DNA from: Candidatus Poribacteria bacterium
GTDB taxonomy: Bacteria > Poribacteria > WGA-4E > PCPOR2b
Direction: 5' to 3'
Length of the DNA stretch: 64,000 nt
NCBI GenBank assembly: GCA_965116925.1
Contig: OZ220744.1
Location: 2,240,001 to 2,304,000 of the forward strand
Both the position numbers and the translations under genes were made by a program. Positions 20,973 through 30,366 of the stretch are shown here, piece by piece; within the stretch, counting starts at the first letter, position 1, and each line of letters opens with the position of its first letter. The notes beneath the pieces are model-generated. The model ran no database searches. It was not told the origin of the DNA and saw only the letters and a program-made list of their open reading frames with translations.

Positions 20973-21470
20973 GTGAATTGGAAAAAAATGATTGTGTTTA
21001 CTTTGTTTGTGGCAGCAGTCGTTTCCTTTTTGGGTGAATATAGTTTTTCGCATGAGCCGTGTATGAGTGAAAAGGCGAAAGTAGATGCTGCGGAAAAGGC
21101 CTATGATGACGCACAAAAGGAGGTTAATAGGCTAATTGGGGAAATAAATGAGAAAACGAGACATATGGCAATGGATACTCATAATGGTTTTCCGCACACA
21201 CAAGCACAGATCCGTACACACTTCAATGAGAGAGAAACTTTGCGGTCGCAATGTTCATCTGCGGAAACAACCCGTGATAATAAGAAAACTGCTTATGATA
21301 TTGCAGTGGATCGTCATAACTCCTGTAAGGATTCGGCCTTCCGCAAATGTCCGATGAATTGTGAGGTAGAACACACGAAAAATGTTACTTCGTGTGAATG
21401 TAATTGTGAGTATTCTCGATCGCAGGGGTGTGCCTGTGGTCCCTGTTCGTCATCTCTAAACAATAATTAA
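20973..21470 (+). CDS. secreted coiled-coil protein with Cys-rich C-terminus
   Basis: RBS AAGGAGG and signal peptide. The tail reads CPMNC..CECNC..GCACGPC. Confidence 0.75.
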   Translation: MNWKKMIVFTLFVAAVVSFLGEYSFSHEPCMSEKAKVDAAEKAYDDAQKEVNRLIGEINEKTRHMAMDTHNGFPHTQAQIRTHFNERETLRSQCSSAETTRDNKKTAYDIAVDRHNSCKDSAFRKCPMNCEVEHTKNVTSCECNCEYSRSQGCACGPCSSSLNNN

Positions 21471-21590
21471 TAGATGATTACGGTTCATCGGCAATTTGAG
21501 CGCGATGGGCAAATTGCCCCAGTCCGTGATGCAGATTCATCTCCGCCCCACAATGCGCCGTAAGGGGCGGATTTCTGATAAAACAAAACT

Positions 21591-21621
21591 GGGGTATCTT
21601 GATTTTGATACCCCCTTTTTT
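21591..21621 (+). terminator. rho-independent terminator
   Basis: GGGGTATC-loop-GATACCCC followed by a T run. Confidence 0.6.
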
Positions 21622-21882
21622 CTATCCCTGCCAAAAACCTCAAGCCGCTAACAGTCCTCCTTCCTTTCAGTCTTCAATGTCTGCGATCCACCATTCAAGG
21701 GTCCACACGCGGAGGGTATGATACGGGGCTTTGCCCTGCCTTGCCGATCTCATTGACGTCACGGGTGATACGGGCGAACATAAACGCTTCCTGTATGATC
21801 TGCTTTTGCTTCGGTTCTGTTACTCTACTCACGGCTCTCATTCCTTTCTAACCAATCACAAAGGTGGCAGTATTTCACGATA

Positions 21883-22098
21883 TTGCTGCGGCTGCGCACC
21901 AGTGAATTGGCGAATCGTGTCATCGTCCGCAATCCGTTGGGGAAAGATGGAGTTCGTCTATCCGCAGGGAAAGTGACTAACCGTGTAACGGTGTACAATA
22001 CGGAGGAGACAAATGCGGTGCAGTTATACGCCGACGAAGTGACGAATCGTGTCTCCGTCCACAATAAAGTGGGTATAATCAGATGGGAGGCACCTTAA
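21883..22098 (+). pseudogene. probable 3' remnant of a beta-repeat protein
   Basis: Three repeats of xNRVxVxN; no good RBS or start codon. Confidence 0.35.
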
Positions 22099-22104
22099 AG
22101 AGGA

Positions 22105-23469
22105 CTAAAGTTTAGACAATTTTCATTTTCTTGATGTAGCCGTATCAAGGGTTTGTTGAATATCGTTGGCATTGATGTTTTTACCGAACATCGCAGAAAC
22201 TAATCGGTTGTCCATTAAAGTCCGCAGATACCGCACCATCAACCCGCGTGTCAACTTAGGGGGTCGATACCAATCAATGCCCAATGCTTGAGTAACTTGC
22301 TCAATGGTTACCGGTGTGCCGGTATGGGAAGTGACAGCGAATAGCCATTGGGTCATGCAACTAGCAACGAAACTGAGTTGGACAAACCGATTGATGCTTT
22401 TTCGACACTTGACCCGATAGGTGTCCAATCCGAAGTGTTGCTTGGTGTCCCGAAAGGCGGTCTCAATCAACCATCTCTTTTGGTAGTATCGCACAATCTG
22501 CGGTAAATCGAGGGTTAAGTCAGTGGTAAAGACACAGAAGTATCGAAACGGCTTACGCCTTTTGTCACGGGTTCGCATCACCACGACCCTAACGGGTTGT
22601 GGACACATTTTGGTTCGGGCGACTCTGGTTGCTATGGCATACTGTTTACCGTCAATGTCAGTCGTTTTATACCGCAGATACGGCAGATGAATCCGTTCAC
22701 CGTATCTCTTCGGTCTGCCGGGTTTGGATCGCTTGGGCGGAGTAGGTAACCGATAGAACACCGCATTCGACTTGGCCCGACACAACAGGTGGTGTCCCGC
22801 TTTAAGGACACAGCCAAACACGTTCTGTCGAGCGAATCCCCGGTCAAAGATAATCAGTCCCGCAGGGATGCGGTTGCATATCCGTTTGAGGACTGACTCA
22901 CTATTATCGCGCTTTGTCTGTGGACACATCAACTTGACAAACACCGGAAACAGTATTGTCTCGTGGACGGTGCTACAAAGTAATCCCAATGCACCAAACT
23001 GATGACCATGGTGAAACTTCGATTGATTCGTGTTGCGTGTGTGATAGCGATGGTTCCTAAAAAAATGAAGTCCAAATTGTGTCTCGCCGGTCTTGAGTGC
23101 GTGCGTCTCATCGTAAACGTAGACCCAGTTATCGAAACACCCCTGTAGCAACTTCAGCAGATGGTCAGCGACCCTATCGGCGTCCCACTTGCCACGCGAA
23201 AGGAATTTCACCAGCGAGGGGTAACCCGTTTTCGGACGAACGGCTTGATAAATGCCGGTCAGCGTCGCACCCTCGCGCTGTGTGATAAGCCCCACAACAA
23301 AAACACAAAACAGATGAAAGTTTTGAGACTTGAATAACGGACGAAAATCGGTTAAAATAGCATTCAGGCAGAATATGAGGTACATTGACTTCTCCTTTCA
23401 AAATTGTGACGATTTCTGAAAGGATAACCTCTTTTCTGCCTTTTTGCATTAAAATTGTCTAAACTTTAG
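22105..23469 (-). mobile_element. complete insertion sequence (IS4/IS701-like)
   Basis: 19-bp perfect TIR CTAAAGTTTAGACAATTTT; 9-bp TSD TAAAGAGGA at 22096-22104 and 23470-23478. Confidence 0.92.
22123..23385 (-). CDS. DDE transposase
   Basis: VYDET, IFDRGF and YQKRWLIETAFRDTKQHFG (YREK-type) motifs. Confidence 0.92.
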   Translation of the reverse strand: MYLIFCLNAILTDFRPLFKSQNFHLFCVFVVGLITQREGATLTGIYQAVRPKTGYPSLVKFLSRGKWDADRVADHLLKLLQGCFDNWVYVYDETHALKTGETQFGLHFFRNHRYHTRNTNQSKFHHGHQFGALGLLCSTVHETILFPVFVKLMCPQTKRDNSESVLKRICNRIPAGLIIFDRGFARQNVFGCVLKAGHHLLCRAKSNAVFYRLPTPPKRSKPGRPKRYGERIHLPYLRYKTTDIDGKQYAIATRVARTKMCPQPVRVVVMRTRDKRRKPFRYFCVFTTDLTLDLPQIVRYYQKRWLIETAFRDTKQHFGLDTYRVKCRKSINRFVQLSFVASCMTQWLFAVTSHTGTPVTIEQVTQALGIDWYRPPKLTRGLMVRYLRTLMDNRLVSAMFGKNINANDIQQTLDTATSRK

Positions 23470-23544
23470 TAAAGAGGAGTTAAGTGAATCGTCTTCCTAT
23501 GATGTGCCTGATGCTCTGTAAGGGTTGTCCTTCATCCACACAAT

Positions 23545-23585
23545 AAGCGGTATCACGCCTTGTTTCGAGACGGATACCGCTTTTT
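23545..23585 (+). terminator. rho-independent terminator
   Basis: AAGCGGTATC...GATACCGCTTTTT. Confidence 0.55.
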
Positions 23586-23641
23586 CGTGCACCCGGTGGA
23601 AAAATGATATAATTACTCCGTAACCCCATAATAAGGTGAAA

Positions 23642-23697
23642 GTAGGTCGAGATTCATATCTCGACAAAGCATGTCGATTTTGGAAAATCGATCTACA
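23642..23697. repeat. REP-like doublet (GTAG-foot palindromes)
   Basis: GTAGGTCGAGATTCATATCTCGAC..TGTCGATTTTGGAAAATCGATCTAC. Expanded copy at 49017-49159. Confidence 0.7.
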
Positions 23698-23758
23698 GAA
23701 GGCTAATATGATCTCAAGGGTATGGGGATTGGTTCTATTTGTTAAATACGAATAGTGC

Positions 23759-24907
23759 CTAGAATTTCACCTTGAGCTGCAACCTCGTTTTATGCTGATA
23801 GGGGTTTGCGTCAAATGCAATAATATTTTTAGCGATGAAATATAGCACTTCTACGCTGATATTCTTTTCTAGCGGCAAGACAAATTTCAGTTCGTGCCCG
23901 TGCGCGTTTGGATTAAATATATCGGCGTTGTTATAGTTGGATATCATTGATTCGCGTTCAACCCAAACATAGTGGTAAAGTGTCTTTAGTTGGTGGAAAC
24001 GAGGTATCGGTCCCACCCCAATTTCAACCCAATACGCTTTATCGTCCGCATCTGCTAGCAGGTTTTGTGCATAAGCACCGAGCAGCCATAAAGGCGTGGA
24101 GGCAATCTCAAATTCGTACTTTGCAAGCCCCTCGATCGTCCTGAATTCGGATAGATAAGTAGAAGTTCCCGTCCCTGCCCCGATCCGTGTGTTTGTATCC
24201 CCACCGCCTAGCCTCCCCTCTTCAACCGCTTGGGCGATATTGTCTTCGTTTCGATATTCGTAGAGCGTTGCACCGAAAGACAATCCTTTGAAATGGAATC
24301 CCTCGGCAAACAGTTGTCCCGCAAAAAGATTGGTATCCGGTCCACTTTTGATTTCGTCTAGAACAAACTGACCGAGATTTAACTGTACTTGACGGATAAA
24401 ACCTACGTCCTTCACCCGGAACTGTTGCGCTGCCCCTTCCAGCTGCACGTCGTTGTGGAAGACCAACTCAACACCCTCAAACGGGTTTGGGAACTTGCCC
24501 ATTGTAATCGTCAGTGACTGACTCGGCGTGTATCGGAGGAAGAGTCGATCCAGATTGAAACCTTTCTTTGAGAAATAGTTGTCGAGATCGACGTTGCCTG
24601 TGGTGGGATCATCTGTCGCACCGGTGACCATCCTGAAGCCGAGATTTACTTTTGAATGAATCGGAAAGTTGCCGCCCATACGAAGTCTGATACGATATCG
24701 ATAGCGGTTCGGCGAACCGTCGCGAAAGATGCCTTCTTGGCGGAATCGGGCATCAGCGGAGAAGAATTCACCCCAAAGCTGTTTTGCCAGTTGAGCGGTA
24801 TCTTTGCCCTTTGGCTCTTTATCTATAGGCGCGTTAGCGGAAACAACTTGAAGCGAAAGAACGCTCAGAAATACGATAGAACACAAGTAAATTCTGGTGT
24901 TCTCCAT
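23759..24907 (-). CDS. putative outer-membrane porin
   Basis: Signal peptide, RYRYRIRLR, DPTTGN..L, alternating beta-strands and a C-terminal Phe. Confidence 0.8.
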   Translation of the reverse strand: MENTRIYLCSIVFLSVLSLQVVSANAPIDKEPKGKDTAQLAKQLWGEFFSADARFRQEGIFRDGSPNRYRYRIRLRMGGNFPIHSKVNLGFRMVTGATDDPTTGNVDLDNYFSKKGFNLDRLFLRYTPSQSLTITMGKFPNPFEGVELVFHNDVQLEGAAQQFRVKDVGFIRQVQLNLGQFVLDEIKSGPDTNLFAGQLFAEGFHFKGLSFGATLYEYRNEDNIAQAVEEGRLGGGDTNTRIGAGTGTSTYLSEFRTIEGLAKYEFEIASTPLWLLGAYAQNLLADADDKAYWVEIGVGPIPRFHQLKTLYHYVWVERESMISNYNNADIFNPNAHGHELKFVLPLEKNISVEVLYFIAKNIIAFDANPYQHKTRLQLKVKF

Positions 24908-25044
24908 ACTATTAGTCCCTCTACGACGCTCGGTGTGCCTTTCCCGTATTGAAATTTGAACTTGATTCATGGTAGGCTTTCTGATAAGTCACGGAAGTTA
25001 CTACCCGTTTAAGAGAAACCAAGTTTTTACAGAAGGAGAACCTT

Positions 25045-25257
25045 ATGCAACTGACCACCGTAGAATCCAGTATGCTCTACGCTGTGGGCTACAATTCTAA
25101 GACCCGGACGCTTGAAGTTGTCTTTTACAGCGGCGGCATATACCAATACCATGATGTACCTCCAGAGGAGTATGCAGGATTGATGGAGGCTGAATCGAAG
25201 GGGCGTTATATGCACGAATGCATCATTGACGTATACCCTTGGTCACAAATCAAATGA
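25045..25257 (+). CDS. KTSC domain protein
   Basis: VESSMLYAVGYN..LEVVF..GGIYQYHDVP..Y..LM.AESKGRY. Confidence 0.9.
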   Translation: MQLTTVESSMLYAVGYNSKTRTLEVVFYSGGIYQYHDVPPEEYAGLMEAESKGRYMHECIIDVYPWSQIK

Positions 25258-25293
25258 TGCCGTCAATAACCGAGCGGCGACTCGATTACACGA

Positions 25294-26106
25294 TTAGTCT
25301 CCGATTGCTGCTTTCATCTTTTCCAATCCGATCCGTGCGACTTCTTGCGGATCTTCTTCCCAATAGCTGGGGTTGAACAACTCTAAGGAGATCACACCCT
25401 GATAGTCCGCTTCCTTTAGGATTGCGATCATGGCTTTTAGATCGAGGATGCCGTCGCCGGGGTAGACGCGATCGGCATCGGTCTGCTCGGCGCGGGGCGG
25501 TAAGGCGGGGGCATCATTGAAGTGGAACACAGCGATTTTGTCGGCGGGGATTCCGCGCATATCATCAACTTCACCGCCTCCACGGTAGATGTGGAACGGA
25601 TCGAGGACGATGGTACTATCGGGGTGGTCGGCAACCTCCATGACTTTCCAAGCGTGCTTGACCTGATTGATACCGTCCACGAATCCCAAAAACTCCATCG
25701 CAGGTTTGACGCCGAATTCACGCCCCAATTCGAGGAGTTCACGGTAGTTTTGTCCGCCCAGTTCTAGGTCAGCGACTCCACGCGGTGGGCTTGCGACGCT
25801 GTAGGTTGACCCGATGGCGGCGGCTTGTGCCATGCGTCGTTTCGCTTCTTCTATCGCCTCTTGATGTTCTGTGCCGGTGGTATCCAACCAACTGTGCAGG
25901 GCAATGACGGTTACGACGGGAAGCCCGTAGTCGTCGAGGGCGCGTTTCACATCTGCGAGTGAGCCGTTCTGCTCCTCATAGGCGGTGAGATCGTCGTTCC
26001 AGAGTTCGATGGCTTCGTAACCTGTTCCACCGGCGATCCGAATCTTGTCCATTAGGCTTGCCGGGCGGATTGTGCTGGTATTTAGTGCGAGTGTGAATTG
26101 GCTCAT
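25294..26106 (-). CDS. sugar phosphate isomerase/epimerase (TIM barrel, AP endonuclease 2 family)
   Basis: AMEFLG, LDPFH, HFND, DRVYPGDG and SLELFN motifs. Confidence 0.85.
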   Translation of the reverse strand: MSQFTLALNTSTIRPASLMDKIRIAGGTGYEAIELWNDDLTAYEEQNGSLADVKRALDDYGLPVVTVIALHSWLDTTGTEHQEAIEEAKRRMAQAAAIGSTYSVASPPRGVADLELGGQNYRELLELGREFGVKPAMEFLGFVDGINQVKHAWKVMEVADHPDSTIVLDPFHIYRGGGEVDDMRGIPADKIAVFHFNDAPALPPRAEQTDADRVYPGDGILDLKAMIAILKEADYQGVISLELFNPSYWEEDPQEVARIGLEKMKAAIGD

Positions 26107-26120
26107 CCGGTTTCTCCCTC

Positions 26121-26927
26121 CTAGTTTCCGTTTTGTTCACGTAAGTTGTTGATGAATCGGACATCGATGCGTGCGAGATCGATGACGGTATCGACTGGCT
26201 CTCCGCTATATTCGCTGTGGAAGCTGACGGGACCATCGAACTGCATCTCTGTTAGGGTTCTGACCGCTGTCCCCCAATCGACGAAACCGTGTCCCATTCG
26301 GACGACCCGTGTGCCACCTCCCGGTGGGCGCATCATATCCTTAAATGACATTACTGCGAGGTAGTCCTTCACGATGTCGAGTGCCATATCGATTGGCTCC
26401 CCGACGATCGAGAGGTGCCCCGGATCCGCGAATACGCCGACATGCTGCGGATCAAATCCTTTGACGAGGTTCATCACAGCGGAAGAGTTCAGTCCCATCG
26501 AAGTACCCGAATGGTTGTGCAGGCAGGTGCGGACGCCGTGTTTTGCGGAGAGGGCTTGGAATCCGTCGAGGGCTGCGCGGATGCGATCGACCAATGCCCA
26601 ATACCCGCCATCTTCCTTCGACCAGTGCCAATAGCCGACCTTGAGATTGGCAACGCCTGCGTCTCCACATGCCGCGTATACCCGTTGCACGTCAGGGTCT
26701 GTTGGATCCAGAAAACTAGTGGGCGTTGTCACAAGCGGGATCGACAGTCCTTCATCAGCGAACTGCTTGGCAGCTGCTGGAAGTTGTTTATCGGCATTTT
26801 CGGGATTGACCGGATAGCCGGGACGCACGCACAGATCTGCGCCTTCCACGCCGACCGATTTCAGGGTGTCCATAATATCTGCGACATCTAGACCTTCCAA
26901 GTGTTTCGTGAACATGATATATTTCAT
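26121..26927 (-). CDS. sugar phosphate isomerase/epimerase family protein
   Basis: HNHSG, DPGH, FKD, G.VDW and SFHSEY motifs. Confidence 0.85.
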   Translation of the reverse strand: MKYIMFTKHLEGLDVADIMDTLKSVGVEGADLCVRPGYPVNPENADKQLPAAAKQFADEGLSIPLVTTPTSFLDPTDPDVQRVYAACGDAGVANLKVGYWHWSKEDGGYWALVDRIRAALDGFQALSAKHGVRTCLHNHSGTSMGLNSSAVMNLVKGFDPQHVGVFADPGHLSIVGEPIDMALDIVKDYLAVMSFKDMMRPPGGGTRVVRMGHGFVDWGTAVRTLTEMQFDGPVSFHSEYSGEPVDTVIDLARIDVRFINNLREQNGN

Positions 26928-27051
26928 CGGGAATGAATCCTTTCTATAAAGTAGCAGGCATACTCCGTATGCCGTAGCCTTACACTCTATAAATGGTAGC
27001 TTAGGTTATCATAAAACCGTCAGAGAGTCAAATGCTCGGTATTGGATCAAC

Positions 27052-27088
27052 AAAAACCTCCCACCGGCTTTGAGTCGTGGGAGGTTTT
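27052..27088. terminator. bidirectional rho-independent terminator
   Basis: AAAAACCTCCCAC...GTGGGAGGTTTT. Confidence 0.6.
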
Positions 27089-27201
27089 ATAACGAAAGTT
27101 ACCATCTTAATCAGGAACGAGTTTCCGTAGGGAATGCAGATCTGTGTTCCCTACACAGATTGACATTCATCAATTACAAGTGGTTTTAGCTTAAATTGGT
27201 T

Positions 27202-27636
27202 TCATCGCCCAAAAAAAAGCAAAAGTAGCAGCACAATGAGCGGAACGACCGAATCGACCAGCCCGGTATGTGGAGTAGGTTTCAACCAAGGTGCTATTTT
27301 TTCTTTATAGAATGGCTTGTCTTGGAACAACATCAAGGCCACCGCTAAAATTATCAGGATACTCATCAGGACACCCTGTATAATTACACTTACTATATCT
27401 CCAGCGATGAAATCCTGGTAGGTAGCTACCCCCAAAACAATTAGGAGCAACAGATTTACCCCAAGAGATCTGAGTCGGGGTTGCAATGTTCCGGAAAAAA
27501 ACGCAAAAATACCGAGTAGAGTAAAGAAGATACCCATCCGAATTGCACGTTCTATCTCTCCATCTTCTAATCTTAAATAAACAAATAATCCTCCGAAGAT
27601 TAAGCAAAACACGGCTGCAATGTGATGGCGTTTCAT
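27202..27636 (-). CDS. hypothetical multi-pass membrane protein
   Basis: About five hydrophobic helices; RBS AGGAGG. Confidence 0.65.
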   Translation of the reverse strand: MKRHHIAAVFCLIFGGLFVYLRLEDGEIERAIRMGIFFTLLGIFAFFSGTLQPRLRSLGVNLLLLIVLGVATYQDFIAGDIVSVIIQGVLMSILIILAVALMLFQDKPFYKEKIAPWLKPTPHTGLVDSVVPLIVLLLLLFFGR

Positions 27637-27688
27637 TGCCTATCCTCCTTTTTTGTCTTTTTACCCACGTCGTGATGTATCTTATATT

Positions 27689-27790
27689 CAGGACTTACGC
27701 AAGACTAGCACACAGGGAGTAGATGTTTGATTTTTAACCCCCTAAATCCCCCTTATCAGGGGGACTTATGAACTCGCTGCGTAAGTCCTA
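27689..27790. mobile_element. MITE (AGGACTTACGCA termini)
   Basis: CAGGACTTACGCA...TGCGTAAGTCCTA. Similar copy at 38281-38419. Confidence 0.7.
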
Positions 27791-27817
27791 ATAATGCTAT
27801 ACACCTGTCAAGAGAAC

Positions 27818-28489
27818 CTACCTATTGCGATCCGCGGCGATTAGCAGTCCACCAATCTCACATAGCGGTGCGAGCAGTTCTATTTCTCGCTCGGAGTAGC
27901 CGCTTGGACGGTCACCCAGTGAGGTGGCACCGACCAGCTCCTCGTCCACGAGGAAGGGCAATCCGAGGAATGCCTCAAGTCCCGCGTGACCGAAGGGGAG
28001 GCCCCCGCTGCGTGGGTCATTCGGTGGATCGTTGGTCAGCACTGGACGCCGACCGGTCATGATTGCTCCGTTCAACGTGTCTAGGTTATGGAACTGGAGA
28101 TCGGTGACGATATCGTACAAGCCGAAGCCGGGTTTGTAGATGTCGGTCACCGCATGTGAGTACAAATACGGCTTGTTCAGCCCACTATAGCGGACTTCTG
28201 CGAGGAAACCGAACGGACTTTGGGAAACACGGAGAACCTCCGGCAGTAAATGGACGAATGCTTTCGTGACTGATTTGGTGGTGGAGTAAACCGTCAATGC
28301 TTGTGCCAGCGCAGAGAGCAACGCTGCCGATGATTCGTCGTTCTGGTTGGTTACGCGCTCATCCCAGAGCGATTCTAGACGCGATACAGCTTTTTGGAAA
28401 AAGGGAGCTCCGCCATCAGCAGTGGCGTTGAGGTCTTCAATGAGGTTTCCCCATTCGGTATGAAGAACATTTGGACGATTGCGGGACAT
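27818..28489 (-). CDS. stand-alone GAF domain protein
   Basis: FHNLDTL.G..MTGRRPVLTNDPPNDPRSGGLPFGH..LEAFLGLP GAF signature. Confidence 0.8.
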   Translation of the reverse strand: MSRNRPNVLHTEWGNLIEDLNATADGGAPFFQKAVSRLESLWDERVTNQNDESSAALLSALAQALTVYSTTKSVTKAFVHLLPEVLRVSQSPFGFLAEVRYSGLNKPYLYSHAVTDIYKPGFGLYDIVTDLQFHNLDTLNGAIMTGRRPVLTNDPPNDPRSGGLPFGHAGLEAFLGLPFLVDEELVGATSLGDRPSGYSEREIELLAPLCEIGGLLIAADRNR

Positions 28490-28536
28490 CTATCAAAATT
28501 CCTTTCAAGCGAGACTGGACAATTCTCGGACACAGG

Positions 28537-29490
28537 CTATGGGTTTGTTTCGACCCATCCCTGATACTCTGCCCACGCATCTTCGGGGCTGACGAAGGGT
28601 TTGAAGACGACGCGACCACTAAAATGGTACGGTTTTAACACCTCGCAGTCCCTGATAATTAGTGCGAAATCCCATGCCGGGTTATTCAAGCCGCCGCCCG
28701 TTGGCTGGATGGCGAATCGGAGACTGTCCTTGTACTTGAACATCATTTCGAGCATCATGTTACGCCAACGTCCATAAAACATTGGCGCAGCATATCGGAT
28801 TGGGCGGATGTTGTGAAACAATCTGCCGTTTGGATCTGGCTCAGTTGGTAGCAGGGGATCTGTTTCGCTGGCAAAAACGCGTGGGTTGGGAGGGCTTTCT
28901 TCCAAAGACGCGATCCATTCCACCGGGGCGTCATTATTTCGGTGCCCACGAAAGTAGGTCGTTTTGTTTTCAGGGGCGTGAATGTAACTTGCCCAGAACA
29001 GGCCTAGCCAGTCTCCATCGAAGCCGTTGGAACGTGCCACAACGGTTGTCTCCCAATCGATATAATGGGGTGGGACGAGCGTGAAGGTGGTGCTCACGTC
29101 AACGCGGTGGGGTTCAGGGACAAAGGTTTCTAAGCGAACCGAATTATCGGTCAACCGAGTTAGTCGGCTTGGTGTCGGTGGACTTCCATTTTTGCCGTCA
29201 AGCCAGCGCGGTGTCATCGCTGCACCAGTAACGTCGAAAACAAATTCAAAATTGAGGCTGCTGCCCCAGCCGGAGCGAAAGATATTCTCCTGTGGTCCCT
29301 TTCGGCTGTAGAGTTGACGTACGCCGTTATAGCCGTTGGAACGCTCGAATGGGAAAGCGGTGGTGTCAAAAGTGCCGTCCCGGTGCGCTTGACCGAGTGT
29401 TTGGAGGCGTTTGGGTGGGATGCCGCCGCCATCGTTGTTGTCCACTACTTCGACAAATAGATCTCCGTCCACAAGAAATTCACTTGCCAT
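28537..29490 (-). CDS. hypothetical protein (possible galactose-mutarotase-like beta sandwich)
   Basis: Long ORF with RBS; LNFEFVFD, LFWASYI and NPAWDF motifs. Confidence 0.6.
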   Translation of the reverse strand: MASEFLVDGDLFVEVVDNNDGGGIPPKRLQTLGQAHRDGTFDTTAFPFERSNGYNGVRQLYSRKGPQENIFRSGWGSSLNFEFVFDVTGAAMTPRWLDGKNGSPPTPSRLTRLTDNSVRLETFVPEPHRVDVSTTFTLVPPHYIDWETTVVARSNGFDGDWLGLFWASYIHAPENKTTYFRGHRNNDAPVEWIASLEESPPNPRVFASETDPLLPTEPDPNGRLFHNIRPIRYAAPMFYGRWRNMMLEMMFKYKDSLRFAIQPTGGGLNNPAWDFALIIRDCEVLKPYHFSGRVVFKPFVSPEDAWAEYQGWVETNP

Positions 29491-29589
29491 GGGGTTGATT
29501 CCTTTATGATTGATGTAAAAAGAAAGCGTAAGGCGCGGAGAGAAACCGAGTTTTCAAGAAAAAACTCGGTTTCTGGGCGCACGATTTTT

Positions 29590-30366
29590 TTATGCATCAC
29601 GCTTCCGGCTCAGAAACGCTTCTAATCCCTCTTGAACCTCCGGCGTTGTGAAACAGGTTGATAATGCTAACGCTTCGTAGGAGATTTCATAGCCGTCTTC
29701 CGGCATCGGATTTCGCGTCAACGCAGCTTTGGCGGCTCTTACCGCAACCGGGCTTTTCTGAGCGAGTGACTCGGCGATCTGTTGTACTTCGTTTGCAAGG
29801 TGTTCCCTAGGAACGACGCGATTCACCAATCCCAAGTCTTGTGCTGTCTGGGCATCAATTCGCTCACCGAGAAGGACCATCTCTTTCGCTTTTGACTCAC
29901 CGATGACGTTTAGCAGTCGATGGGTGCCACCCCACCCCGGGAACCAGCCGTGCGCAATTTCCGGCAGGCCGAAACTTGAATCCTCTGACGCGATACGCAG
30001 GTCACACGCCAGCGCGAATTCGAGTCCGCCGCCGACCGCGTAGCCGTGGACTGCTGCAATCACGGGGACGGGCAGGTTGGCGAGCCGACTAAGGACGCGA
30101 TTCCCATCGTTGACCCATCTGCGGATGTCAGGGGGACCGAAGGTTGCAATATGGTTGAGGTCTGCGCCGACGCAGAAGGCGCGTTCTCCGCTTCCCTCTA
30201 GCACGACGACGCGCACCGATTCGTCTTGATGCAAGCGGTTCACCTCTGCGTCAAGCGCATCCAGCATCTCACGATCAACGGCGTTGAGTTTTTCGGGGCG
30301 GTTCAGCTGGATTGTGGTTATCGCTTCCGTTTGACGGATGGTGATCTTTCCATCTGTTTCAGCCAT
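29590..30366 (-). CDS. enoyl-CoA hydratase/isomerase
   Basis: LNRPEKLNA, FCVGADL, GYAVGGGLE and FGLPE motifs. Confidence 0.92.
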   Translation of the reverse strand: MAETDGKITIRQTEAITTIQLNRPEKLNAVDREMLDALDAEVNRLHQDESVRVVVLEGSGERAFCVGADLNHIATFGPPDIRRWVNDGNRVLSRLANLPVPVIAAVHGYAVGGGLEFALACDLRIASEDSSFGLPEIAHGWFPGWGGTHRLLNVIGESKAKEMVLLGERIDAQTAQDLGLVNRVVPREHLANEVQQIAESLAQKSPVAVRAAKAALTRNPMPEDGYEISYEALALSTCFTTPEVQEGLEAFLSRKRDA

